Shown here piece by piece: positions 48,562-57,394 of a DNA stretch of 64,000 bases (within the stretch, counting starts at the first letter, position 1; each line of letters starts with the position of its first letter). The notes under the pieces were generated by a model. It was not told where the DNA came from and did no database searches. It was given only the letters and a program-made list of their open reading frames with translations. The stretch covers positions 392,788-456,787 of the forward strand of contig CP064989.1 of NCBI GenBank assembly GCA_016699875.1, in the 5' to 3' direction. The DNA comes from Candidatus Moraniibacteriota bacterium. Lineage in GTDB: Bacteria; Patescibacteriota; Minisyncoccia; Moranbacterales; UBA1568. A program made the translations under genes and the position numbers.

Positions 48562-49197
48562 TCACTGCTTCCCCACCCGATATAAGCACCAGGCAGACAA
48601 GAACCGACTGTTCTCAATTTCGCCTTTCCGTATCATTGACTCGATCTCTTCTTCTGTAAACCAAAAACTTTCGATTGCCCCTTCTTCTTCCGGATCCGGC
48701 GGAAGCGATGCCTCTTTCAGGCTCTCACCCAAAAAGACATACATCCGCCCCTTCGACTTTCGGTGATCATAATAGTAATCACCAAGAGCGGAGAGCGTGT
48801 CCGCCTGATAGCCGGCTTCTTCCATCAGCTCGCGATTCGCACCGACATCGACGCTCTCATCCGGGAGAAGAAGTCCGCCCGGAAACTGGTAGAGGTGTTC
48901 GTTTGCCGGATAGGAATACTCCTTCTGGACAAGAATCTTCCCGTCGGGGCGGCGGCAAATCACTGTCGCACCATCGACAATGTGCTTTGAATAGAGATAA
49001 TTCAGCCGAGCACCACTCGGAAGCTCGACCTCATCTTCGATAAGCGTCACTCGCGGATGAGTAAACACTTCTCGAGAAGAAAGCTTTTTCCACATATAGC
49101 CCATCTTGACGGCTCTTCCTTGAGCTGTCAATGTTGGGGAAGCAAACGTAAAGAACAGACAACTGGCAACAGAACAAGAAACTCTCCACATTCCCAT
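48562..49197 (-). CDS. NUDIX hydrolase (ADP-ribose pyrophosphatase-like) with a signal-peptide-like N-terminal extension
   Basis: QFPGGLLLPDESVDVGANRELMEEAGY Nudix box. N-terminus MGMWRVSCSVASCLFFTFASPTLTAQG is hydrophobic; alternative internal starts at 49104/49095 would remove it. Confidence 0.7.
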   Translation of the reverse strand: MGMWRVSCSVASCLFFTFASPTLTAQGRAVKMGYMWKKLSSREVFTHPRVTLIEDEVELPSGARLNYLYSKHIVDGATVICRRPDGKILVQKEYSYPANEHLYQFPGGLLLPDESVDVGANRELMEEAGYQADTLSALGDYYYDHRKSKGRMYVFLGESLKEASLPPDPEEEGAIESFWFTEEEIESMIRKGEIENSRFLSAWCLYRVGKQ

Positions 49198-49259
49198 CTT
49201 CTATCTTCCACCCGCTATCTCCCTCATTCGTGATTCCTAATTCCTTCTTCACTCACTCT

Positions 49260-50597
49260 ATGAATCCGAGCATCTTCAAAGCCTACGACATTCGCGGCAT
49301 ATACGGCACAGACTTCAATGAGAAAGATGCGGAGAAAATAGGCCGTGCCGCTATCGAAGCACTGCAGCTCAAGACCATAGCCCTCGGTCGTGACGCTCGC
49401 GTCTCGAGTCCCGCGCTCTTCAAAGCTTTCGCAAAAGGAGCCATGGATGCGGGCGCTCACGTGATCGACTTGGGACTCCTCACAACGCCCATGGTCTACT
49501 TTGCCTCGTGGCACCTCGACGTGGACGCTGCCGTCTCCATCACCGCCTCACACAATCCGCCAGAGTACAACGGGATGAAAATTGCTCTCAAGAATGCCCT
49601 CCCGGTCGGAGAAAAAACCGGACTCTTCGATATCCGCGATCGGGTCTTGAAAAACGAATTCGCAAGCACGAATAGGAAGGGTTCGCTTTCGACACAGGAT
49701 ATAAAACCCGCTTACGAAAAACAATTTGCAAAATTCGCTCGGTTCGGGAATCGGCACTTCAAGGTGGTGATCGACACCGCAAATGCCATGGGCATTCTCG
49801 AGCTCCCGATATTCAAAATGTTCCCGGAGAACATCGAACTTGTCACCATGTATGATGATTTGGATCATCCGTTCTCGGCACACGAAGCAAACCCGCTCAA
49901 AACCGAAACCCTCGACGAACTCCGAGAGCGTGTCGTTGCAGAGCGTGCCGATCTCGGCATCGCCTTCGATGGCGACGCCGACCGCGTCGGCTTTGTAGAT
50001 GAAACCGGCGAGATAATTCCCATGGATCACATGACCGGTATCATCGCCAAGGAAGTCCTGAAGTCGCACCCGGGCGCAACCATCCTCTATGATCTCCGCT
50101 CCTCGAGAGCGGTGCGAGAAGTGATCGAAGAATCGGGCGGCGTCGCCAAAGAGTGCAAAGTGGGACACGCCAATATAAAGCAGCAAATGCGCGACGAGAA
50201 AGCCGTCTTTGCCGGAGAACTCTCCGGACACTACTATTTCCTCGAAAACTCCTACGCCGAAGCCGGCTCTCTCGCCGCCCTCATGATACTCTCCGTCATG
50301 AGCGAAACCAAGCAGACCGCATCCCAACTCGCAAGCGACCTGAAACGCTACTTTCATTCGGGAGAGATAAACAGCGAAGTTGAAAACAAAGACGCCATCC
50401 TGAAAAAACTCAAACAAACCTATGCAGATGGAGCCGTCTCTCATCTCGACGGCATCAAGATAGACTTCCCCGACTGGTGGCTCAATGTCCGCCCATCGAA
50501 CACCGAACCTCTTCTCCGCCTCAACCTCGAAGCCAATACCCAGGAACTCATGACAAAAAAACGCGATGAGGTGCTCACAATTATACGAGAGAAGTAA
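49260..50597 (+). CDS. Phosphomannomutase/phosphoglucomutase (alpha-D-phosphohexomutase family)
   Basis: MNPSIFKAYDIRGIY; active-site TASHNPPEYNGMK; Mg loop FDGDADR; sugar-binding GELSGHYYF. Confidence 0.88.
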   Translation: MNPSIFKAYDIRGIYGTDFNEKDAEKIGRAAIEALQLKTIALGRDARVSSPALFKAFAKGAMDAGAHVIDLGLLTTPMVYFASWHLDVDAAVSITASHNPPEYNGMKIALKNALPVGEKTGLFDIRDRVLKNEFASTNRKGSLSTQDIKPAYEKQFAKFARFGNRHFKVVIDTANAMGILELPIFKMFPENIELVTMYDDLDHPFSAHEANPLKTETLDELRERVVAERADLGIAFDGDADRVGFVDETGEIIPMDHMTGIIAKEVLKSHPGATILYDLRSSRAVREVIEESGGVAKECKVGHANIKQQMRDEKAVFAGELSGHYYFLENSYAEAGSLAALMILSVMSETKQTASQLASDLKRYFHSGEINSEVENKDAILKKLKQTYADGAVSHLDGIKIDFPDWWLNVRPSNTEPLLRLNLEANTQELMTKKRDEVLTIIREK

Positions 50598-50601
50598 TAC
50601 T

Positions 50602-51018
50602 ATGCCAGAAGAGTTTTCCCATCCGGCAATGAATTTGCAAGAGAAGAAACCAATCGTTTTTACGGCGCTCTCGAAGAGATACTTCTACATGCGGATGCTC
50701 ATTGTGAAATATGTCTTGGAAAATGGATGCGTCCCCATCAATCCGTTCATGTCCTTCGACTACTATCTCGCAGATACCGTTGGGAGAAATATCGTCCGAA
50801 ATGCCAACAACAATCTCGTAGCGATCGCCGATGAACTCTGGATCTTCGGATCGATAAGCAATGGAGTCATGGCGGAAATACGACAAGTACATAGCACAAA
50901 GAAACCGATACGGTTTTTCACGATAGAGAACGACCAAGAAATTTCTGAAAGTTCAAAAGACAACCTTATCTTCGAAGATGGAATGGAAAAATTTAAGGCA
51001 GAACTTGAAAATCTATGA
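50602..51018 (+). CDS. DUF4406-like protein (nucleoside 2-deoxyribosyltransferase-like superfamily), paralogue A
   Basis: MPEEFSHPAMNLQEKKPIVFTALSKRYFYMRMLIVKYVLENGCVPINPF...NLVAIADELWIFGSISNGVMAEIRQVHSTKKPIRFF. About 45 percent identical to the 52937-53335 gene. Stop overlaps the ispH start. Confidence 0.5.
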   Translation: MPEEFSHPAMNLQEKKPIVFTALSKRYFYMRMLIVKYVLENGCVPINPFMSFDYYLADTVGRNIVRNANNNLVAIADELWIFGSISNGVMAEIRQVHSTKKPIRFFTIENDQEISESSKDNLIFEDGMEKFKAELENL

Positions 51019-51986
51019 TCGCGAAAGTCATCCTCGCTTCGCCACACGGATTTTGCGCTGGAGTGGCGCGTGCTGTGAAAACCGTTGAGGACACGCTCGA
51101 TATCTTCGGCGCACCCGTCTATATCAAGCATGAGATCGTCCACAACAAAACGGTTGTGAAGACATTGAAAGATCGCGGGGCAATCACGATCGACAGCGCC
51201 AAAGCCATCCCGGAAAACTCCGTTGTTGTTTTCTCGGCACATGGGTCGCCACCCGAAGATTTCGAGATCGCACGAAAGAAAAATTGCACGATCATCGATG
51301 CGACATGTCCTCTCGTAAACAAAGTGCACCTCGAAATGCACCGCTTCATGAAAGACGGCTACTCGGTCGTCTATATCGGACACAAGGGACACCCCGAAGG
51401 TATCGGGGTCATCGGAGAAGCGAAGCACACCTACAAGAAATCGGTTCCGTTTATCGAGACCAAAGCCGACATCGAAGCGCTTCATTTTGACAGCAAAGAG
51501 AAGCTCGCCTACCTCACCCAGACAACACTCAGCATCCCCGAAACAGCAGAAATCATCCAAGCGCTCACCGAAAAATATCCGCATATCGTCGCCCCTCCCG
51601 GCAAAGACATCTGCTATGCGACGACCAACCGCCAAAAAGCCGTCTCCGAAATAGCAGAACTCGCCGATATCGTCCTCATCATCGGCTCGAAGAATTCTTC
51701 CAACTCCACCCGACTCGCCGAAACCGCATGCGCCAAGGGAAAACCATCCTATCTCATCGATAGCGCAGATGATATCGATCCCACATGGTTCGACGGTGCA
51801 CAAACGGTTGGCATCAGCGCTGGTGCCAGCGCCCCCGAATCCCGCGTCCAAGAAGTTGCCAAGTATTTCAAAAACCTCGGCGCCACCATCGAAGAACACG
51901 CGACAACCGTGGAATCCACCCGCTTTATGGAGCCACTCGAATTGAAAGAGATGAAGGAGAAATCTTCACGTAAGCGAGCTTCATGA
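51015..51986 (+). CDS. ispH: 4-hydroxy-3-methylbut-2-enyl diphosphate reductase IspH/LytB
   Basis: MIAKVILASPHGFCAGVARAV...HGSPPE...ATCPLV (the three Fe-S Cys contexts). Confidence 0.9.
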   Translation: MIAKVILASPHGFCAGVARAVKTVEDTLDIFGAPVYIKHEIVHNKTVVKTLKDRGAITIDSAKAIPENSVVVFSAHGSPPEDFEIARKKNCTIIDATCPLVNKVHLEMHRFMKDGYSVVYIGHKGHPEGIGVIGEAKHTYKKSVPFIETKADIEALHFDSKEKLAYLTQTTLSIPETAEIIQALTEKYPHIVAPPGKDICYATTNRQKAVSEIAELADIVLIIGSKNSSNSTRLAETACAKGKPSYLIDSADDIDPTWFDGAQTVGISAGASAPESRVQEVAKYFKNLGATIEEHATTVESTRFMEPLELKEMKEKSSRKRAS

Positions 51987-52131
51987 ACACTTCAACAGAA
52001 AAGAAGAAAGTGATCGTTCTCAAAATAGAAAGGCACGCAAAGTAAATTGCGTGCTGAAAGGAACATCTCAATATCTTTCCCCTTCTAAAGAAGCGAGGAA
52101 CAGCTAGGGAATTGGCATCACCTCACATATC

Positions 52132-52617
52132 TCACATACCACATTTGTTTTGAATTTCATCCATCCAACTCGGATCCCATGTTGTCAGACAGACACAGGA
52201 TTCAGAAGAGGTTAGCATCTTAAGCGCTTCATCAAGAAACCTCTTATACCGCTTGCAAAAAATTCTCCGCGCTACAACGAGCATCCAATACCAGAGAACT
52301 TTATTCCTCCTTTCAGTCGCGCCTACAGTGTTCAACATTTGATATCTACTCTCGCGTTCGTTCTCATGTTGCCATCGGACAACAGAAAAGTCGGCAGCAT
52401 AGAAAAACCGGTCAATCGAAATCCTTTCGTCCGCCTGAATTTGCGAATCATCCCGAAAACAAAGTGCCCATGTTCGGAATACTTCTCGAACAGAAGCGGA
52501 GGGAGCGTTTTCAGTATGGAATTTCTTTTTAAACTCACGCTCTGTAAAGAACATCAAAAGCTGATTATGAACCGTTGCTTCTTTCGGAAAAGGAAAACGA
52601 GCAGCTGTTGCAGACAT
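52132..52617 (-). CDS. Hypothetical protein in an AT-rich spacer
   Basis: 161-aa ORF, Trp/Arg-rich, no recognised motif. Local AT-richness contrasts with the flanks. Confidence 0.35.
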   Translation of the reverse strand: MSATAARFPFPKEATVHNQLLMFFTEREFKKKFHTENAPSASVREVFRTWALCFRDDSQIQADERISIDRFFYAADFSVVRWQHENERESRYQMLNTVGATERRNKVLWYWMLVVARRIFCKRYKRFLDEALKMLTSSESCVCLTTWDPSWMDEIQNKCGM

Positions 52618-52881
52618 AGCTATCCCCTTCGGAGATGTGAGGTGATTAAGTTAAGGAACAACAAAAAAAGTATAAACTGTCTTCTAAAAATTTGTCAATC
52701 TTTACACTGCCGAGACTCTGTGCAATAGTGGCAATGGGTAGCCTTCAGAACAGAGGTTCGACAAATTGAGTCCCCCTTGGTTTCCAGGGAAAAAGAACGA
52801 TTTTTTTCCGACACTATCAATTCTTGGGATTCAGACACTCCTCTCGCATTGAGGGCTTTTCCCGTTCTGCCAACTCCAAAC

Positions 52882-52909
52882 AAAAAATCGCCTTCGAAGG
52901 CGATTTTTA
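52882..52909. terminator. Perfect palindromic bidirectional rho-independent terminator
   Basis: aaaaaatcgcc-ttcgaa-ggcgattttttatt: GC-containing stem flanked by A-run and T-run, so it reads as hairpin plus U-tract on both strands. Lies 28 nt beyond the stop of the 52937-53335 gene. Confidence 0.75.
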
Positions 52910-52936
52910 TTTCTCCGTTAAGCACTTTCTTGTGTA

Positions 52937-53335
52937 TTACTCAACGCCGCGTTCGTATTGTACTTGGGATTTGGATATCTCTACGAGGCGATGCGGTTTC
53001 TTGATGGCGAAGTAGCGGATCGGTTTGCCGAGCGATTCGGCAACGCAGATCTCTTTGGCAACGCCCTCCGATACCGGTCCAAACACCCAGAGTTCATTGG
53101 AACGCGCCACAAGCACATTGTTCGCCTCGATCATGAACTTCCGATCTACCGTGTCGAGTAGAAAATAATCATAGAGTGTGAAGACCGTGAGCGGTATCCG
53201 TTTTGCCTCCAAGATATACCGCGTGATAAACATCCGGTAGCAAAACGACCGCTTCGACATCGCCGCAAACACCACCGGGATATCCGCTCGAAACTTCGGC
53301 TTTGCACTACTTTTTCGTTTCCCGGTTTCAGCCAT
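52937..53335 (-). CDS. DUF4406-like protein, paralogue B (inverted relative to paralogue A)
   Basis: ...VVFAAMSKRSFCYRMFITRYILEAKRIPLTVF...NVLVARSNELWVFGPVSEGVAKEICVAESLGKPIRYFAI; follows trpS on the same strand. Confidence 0.5.
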   Translation of the reverse strand: MAETGKRKSSAKPKFRADIPVVFAAMSKRSFCYRMFITRYILEAKRIPLTVFTLYDYFLLDTVDRKFMIEANNVLVARSNELWVFGPVSEGVAKEICVAESLGKPIRYFAIKKPHRLVEISKSQVQYERGVE

Positions 53336-53382
53336 AACAATCGTACTATCGGAAAATCAGAACACCACAACCAATCCGGAAC

Positions 53383-54372
53383 CTATCCGGTCACAAGTCC
53401 TATCTTCTCTCGCACATCGAGCATCTTTCGTTCGGCGATTGCACGCGCCCGCTCCGCGCCACTATGAAGGATTCGAAGCGTATCATCATCGGAAAGAGCG
53501 CGAAACTTCTCCTGGAAGCCGGCAAGGAATTCCGCCACAACATCCGCAAGATCTCGCTTGAAATCCGCATACCCCTTCCCCGCATATCGCGCGACCACTT
53601 CATCCGTCGAGACACCGCCGAGAAGCGAGTATATATTGATAAGATTTTTGAGCGCCGGCTTATCGTCCGCATAAAGTATTTCCGCCCCGGAGTCCGTCAC
53701 CGCTTTCATGATTTTCTTTTTCGCCGCTTCCGGATCATCCATCAGCGCAATGTAATTGTATTCCGAGCTCGCCGACTTCGACATCTTCTTCGCCGGATTG
53801 TCGAGACCCATAATCAAAGCGCCCTGCTTCGAAAGCTTTCCCTCGGGGACAATGAATGTTTCGCCAAAGCGCCCATTAAATCGTTCAGCAATATCGCGCG
53901 CCAACTCAACATGTTGCATCTGATCCTTCCCAACGGGAACCACTGCTGTGTCATACAAGAGTATATCCGCCGCCATCAGTGTTGGGTATGTGAAAAGCCC
54001 CACTCCGGAACTCGACGATTCTCCTTTTTGTGATTTGTCTTTATATTGCGTCATTCGCTCCAATTCCCCCATACGCGCAATCGTATTCAGAATCCACCCG
54101 AGTTCCGTGTGTTCGCGAACATGCGACTGTACAAATAGAGTTGACCGATTTGGATCGATACCGGCGGCGATATATATTTTCGCGATCTCTATCGTACGTC
54201 GGCGAAGCTCTTCGGGATTTTGCGGCACGGTAATCGCATGAAGATCAACCACGCAAAAAATCGCATCATATGCTTCCTGAAGCTCGACCCACTGCTTGAT
54301 CGCACCCAGATAATTCCCGATATGCAGATTCCCCGACGGCTGAATACCTGAGAAAATTCGTTGTTTTTCCAT
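53383..54372 (-). CDS. trpS: Tryptophanyl-tRNA synthetase
   Basis: ATG at 54372: MEKQRIFSGIQPSGNLHIGNYLGA (HIGH) ... KMSKS. Confidence 0.92.
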   Translation of the reverse strand: MEKQRIFSGIQPSGNLHIGNYLGAIKQWVELQEAYDAIFCVVDLHAITVPQNPEELRRRTIEIAKIYIAAGIDPNRSTLFVQSHVREHTELGWILNTIARMGELERMTQYKDKSQKGESSSSGVGLFTYPTLMAADILLYDTAVVPVGKDQMQHVELARDIAERFNGRFGETFIVPEGKLSKQGALIMGLDNPAKKMSKSASSEYNYIALMDDPEAAKKKIMKAVTDSGAEILYADDKPALKNLINIYSLLGGVSTDEVVARYAGKGYADFKRDLADVVAEFLAGFQEKFRALSDDDTLRILHSGAERARAIAERKMLDVREKIGLVTG

Positions 54373-54439
54373 AAAATCCCGCTCATTAGAAAGACGCTTC
54401 CAGCATACTGTTTCCGCAAAGAATAGGCAAATTTCACAG

Positions 54440-55726
54440 CTAGAACTGCCACGCATTGCGATGGTATTTCATCCATTTCTCCGTGCGAAACCACCACGAC
54501 TCTTGCGTCCTCGAAAGCACGATCAGCATCTGAACCGACTCAGCGGATATGTCTTGCGAGAGAAAATTATGAGCTTGCACCGAGAGCTGTGTCGTGCCAC
54601 CGAAAGAAGAAGGCACTCGAAGTTCGAAATACCCTTCGTTGTTTGTAGTTGCTGAAAAATCAGTGCCAGCGGAAACTGTCGCGCCCGCAATCGGCGAACC
54701 AAGCTCGTCACGCACAACACCATAGAATACCTGTGGGGAGAAAAATTCCGCAAGCGTCGCGACAGCTGCACGAGGCGCGCCATTCTCGCTCCACAATGCT
54801 GTCGAACTCCCCGTCTGCGTCCAGTAATTCATACCGAAAATGCGAGGTGTCCGAGCAAATCGAAGCATAACTTCTCGAAGCCAGGAGGACTGTTCTGCTT
54901 CCGTCATCTCTCCGTTAATATCCGGAATCGGAGCGCCGAATTCACCAAAGAGCAACCGCCCACCGCTTTGAGAGATAAAGTTTTCAGCATCCGAAGCCAA
55001 CATATCCGGCGTCTTCACATAGTGGTCGACCGTGACCATACCGCCAAGCACTGCCGTCGTCTCCCTGTCCATCACCAACCGTGCGATGTCGCCATTCATA
55101 GAAAAGAAATTGGAATCAACATGCCTGCCGATTCGCTCGAAGCCCGATTTCGTCGCAGCATATTCATCTATCAGGAATTTTCGATAACCGTCGATATCGC
55201 CGTTCAATCGCGGGTCTCCCGGACCGCCATTCTCGCATTCCGGACAAGCAGAAAACGCATCGCCATCTTGGAATATATCCGGATGCCGACGAATAAACGC
55301 GATGGTTTTTGCAAGATGCTCCGCGCGCGATATTTTCTGATAGCCGAACCACTCCTCCCACCCCGAGAAATTCCCGCGAAACCATACGGCAAGATGATAC
55401 TTCCGCGCAGCAGAAACCCAGCGCTTGAGATACGGAACAAACTCTTCGTCATACGGAGTTGCAATCGCCACATGTGTCGCTCCGATGTCGGCAATGCTCC
55501 GCACTTCCCGATCGATCACCGCATCATAAGAATCGTCATGCAGCTTTTCACGCGCCAGATCCCGCGAATGCTTCATCGTATCGACCGACTGGAATGCCCA
55601 CCACTTCGGATCCGGCTTCGGGTAAATCGTCACCGTCGGTTCGCTCGATGCCAGGAAGACAAATGAAAGGACTCCGATAATAATCAGGGAGAGAGTGGGA
55701 AAGAGAAATATAAGAAATCGTTTCAT
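54440..55726 (-). CDS. Membrane-anchored putative glycoside hydrolase (TIM-barrel-like) with a C-terminal CarboxypepD_reg-like beta-sandwich
   Basis: N-terminal signal/TM MKRFLIFLFPTLSLIIIGVLSFVFLASS; central region with NFSGWEEW / CPECENGGPGDP; C-terminal GVVRDELGSPIAGATVSAGTDFSATTNNEGYFELRVPS. Family assignment is tentative. Confidence 0.4.
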   Translation of the reverse strand: MKRFLIFLFPTLSLIIIGVLSFVFLASSEPTVTIYPKPDPKWWAFQSVDTMKHSRDLAREKLHDDSYDAVIDREVRSIADIGATHVAIATPYDEEFVPYLKRWVSAARKYHLAVWFRGNFSGWEEWFGYQKISRAEHLAKTIAFIRRHPDIFQDGDAFSACPECENGGPGDPRLNGDIDGYRKFLIDEYAATKSGFERIGRHVDSNFFSMNGDIARLVMDRETTAVLGGMVTVDHYVKTPDMLASDAENFISQSGGRLLFGEFGAPIPDINGEMTEAEQSSWLREVMLRFARTPRIFGMNYWTQTGSSTALWSENGAPRAAVATLAEFFSPQVFYGVVRDELGSPIAGATVSAGTDFSATTNNEGYFELRVPSSFGGTTQLSVQAHNFLSQDISAESVQMLIVLSRTQESWWFRTEKWMKYHRNAWQF

Positions 55727-55765
55727 GCATTCACCATACCATGACCAAGAAAAGATCGGGAGACG

Positions 55766-57394
55766 TTAACGGGGATCATTCACATCGGTAATTACGCCGG
55801 AAAGATATTCCGGCTTCAGTTCGTACACATCCGCAAACGGATAGTGATCAACCAATCGGTATCCTTCCAGAAAACCGACATTGTCCTTAAGAAGCCTCCA
55901 GGTCGAGTCACTATCAGAATTACTGCGCACTACGATCCACCTTGCCCAGTTATCCGGATCCTGAATAGCGCTCTCGTAATACGATCCTGTTCCCTCGTGA
56001 ATAAATCGACCCATAGGCAAACCCGAGGAGAAAATAACCGAATCATGCGAAGCGGCGGAAATGAGAATATACCCCTTTTGCTGTCCGGCATTGTCGCGAA
56101 GCCATGCTGCAACTTCCGTCACATTCTTCTGGCTCGCCCCGGTTCGTCCATCGTCAATCGTCACCGCATCCTGACTCGAAAACTGAAAGAACAGCACAAA
56201 GAGAAGCGTCCCAATCAAGACCGGTCGAACCGGCACCGCCCGATGAACAAGATAGCCGACAAAAACCGCGACCGAAGCCATCATGAGAATTCCATAGCGC
56301 ACATTGAACCACGTATCGCCAGAAAGCCCTTGAATAAACAATACGGAATGGCCCAAGTAGAGGGCGAGAATATTGAAGAGAAGCGGCGCAAAGAGCGCAA
56401 GCGATGCAAACCGAGCACGAGAATCTATCTTCCGATCGAAAAAGAAAATGCACGCTCCAATCGCCCCAAGCAACAACACAAACGTATCTGTATTGTACGC
56501 CAAGGCGTAAAAGTACATCTTTACCGAAAGAAACCAGCTCCCTTTGGTAAGCAACACGCCCGCCGCCGCCAAATCATCTTGCTGCGCATGCGCCGAATAG
56601 GGACCGAACGCAAAATAGAGCGGATCGCCGAAAATAAGGAGGTTCCACAAGAGCCAGAGAAACACCCCGAACCCGGCAAGCGTTGCAAAGAGCACGAATG
56701 TCCCCTCAGCTTTCCGATATCCGCCCGACTTCCACGCAGAGACAAATAGCATGAGAGATGCGAAGAAGAAAAGAAACCATCCATCATACCGAATCAGCGT
56801 CGAAAACATGACAAACAAGGCGGAGAGCAAAAGAAACGGAAGTCTCCTGCGCGTATACCACAAGAGCAGAAAATACGATGCTGCCATGGTAGTGCCAATC
56901 AGTGCGAGTTCAGTCATCGCTGTCGACTGGAGATACAGTATGTTCAAATTCGCCGCAAAGACAATGACGCCCACATACCGTCCCAAAAGTCCCACGCCAA
57001 CCTCACGCAAAAAGAGAAAGAGCAGAACACCTGTAGCCACATAGGCAATCATTGACCAGAGTGCGCCGGCAAGTCCGGAGTGCCACATGAAATCATTCCA
57101 AATCGTGAGCGCCATGAGAAGGTGCGTAAATGGTAGCCACACGCTCCCCAACTGCGCAAACCCCGGACGAAGCCCCTCTACTACACGCCGACCGATATCG
57201 AGATGCGAGCGAGCATCGTTATAGGCGAGTCCCAAACCATTGTGGTAGTACTGCGCAAATGCCCACACGGAAACAGCCGAGAGCATACTTACCACAATCG
57301 CTGTCCCATGTCTATCAAAAAAAAGCCGAAGCGATTCCACGCGCTCTCTGGACACGGAGAAAATCGAGAATGTTTTGTTCAAAGAGTATTTCAT
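55766..57394 (-). CDS. GT-C-fold polytopic membrane glycosyltransferase (ArnT/PMT-like, GT39/83-type)
   Basis: About 13 predicted TM helices in the first 400 aa followed by a soluble C-terminal domain; architecture of dolichyl/undecaprenyl-phosphate-sugar-dependent glycosyltransferases. Confidence 0.55.
   Translation of the reverse strand: MKYSLNKTFSIFSVSRERVESLRLFFDRHGTAIVVSMLSAVSVWAFAQYYHNGLGLAYNDARSHLDIGRRVVEGLRPGFAQLGSVWLPFTHLLMALTIWNDFMWHSGLAGALWSMIAYVATGVLLFLFLREVGVGLLGRYVGVIVFAANLNILYLQSTAMTELALIGTTMAASYFLLLWYTRRRLPFLLLSALFVMFSTLIRYDGWFLFFFASLMLFVSAWKSGGYRKAEGTFVLFATLAGFGVFLWLLWNLLIFGDPLYFAFGPYSAHAQQDDLAAAGVLLTKGSWFLSVKMYFYALAYNTDTFVLLLGAIGACIFFFDRKIDSRARFASLALFAPLLFNILALYLGHSVLFIQGLSGDTWFNVRYGILMMASVAVFVGYLVHRAVPVRPVLIGTLLFVLFFQFSSQDAVTIDDGRTGASQKNVTEVAAWLRDNAGQQKGYILISAASHDSVIFSSGLPMGRFIHEGTGSYYESAIQDPDNWARWIVVRSNSDSDSTWRLLKDNVGFLEGYRLVDHYPFADVYELKPEYLSGVITDVNDPR

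Noticed and set aside
55844-56749. 301-aa plus-strand ORF
   Set aside because: Antisense to the polytopic GT-C glycosyltransferase. Its Arg/Lys/Pro-rich translation is the complement of hydrophobic TM codons.
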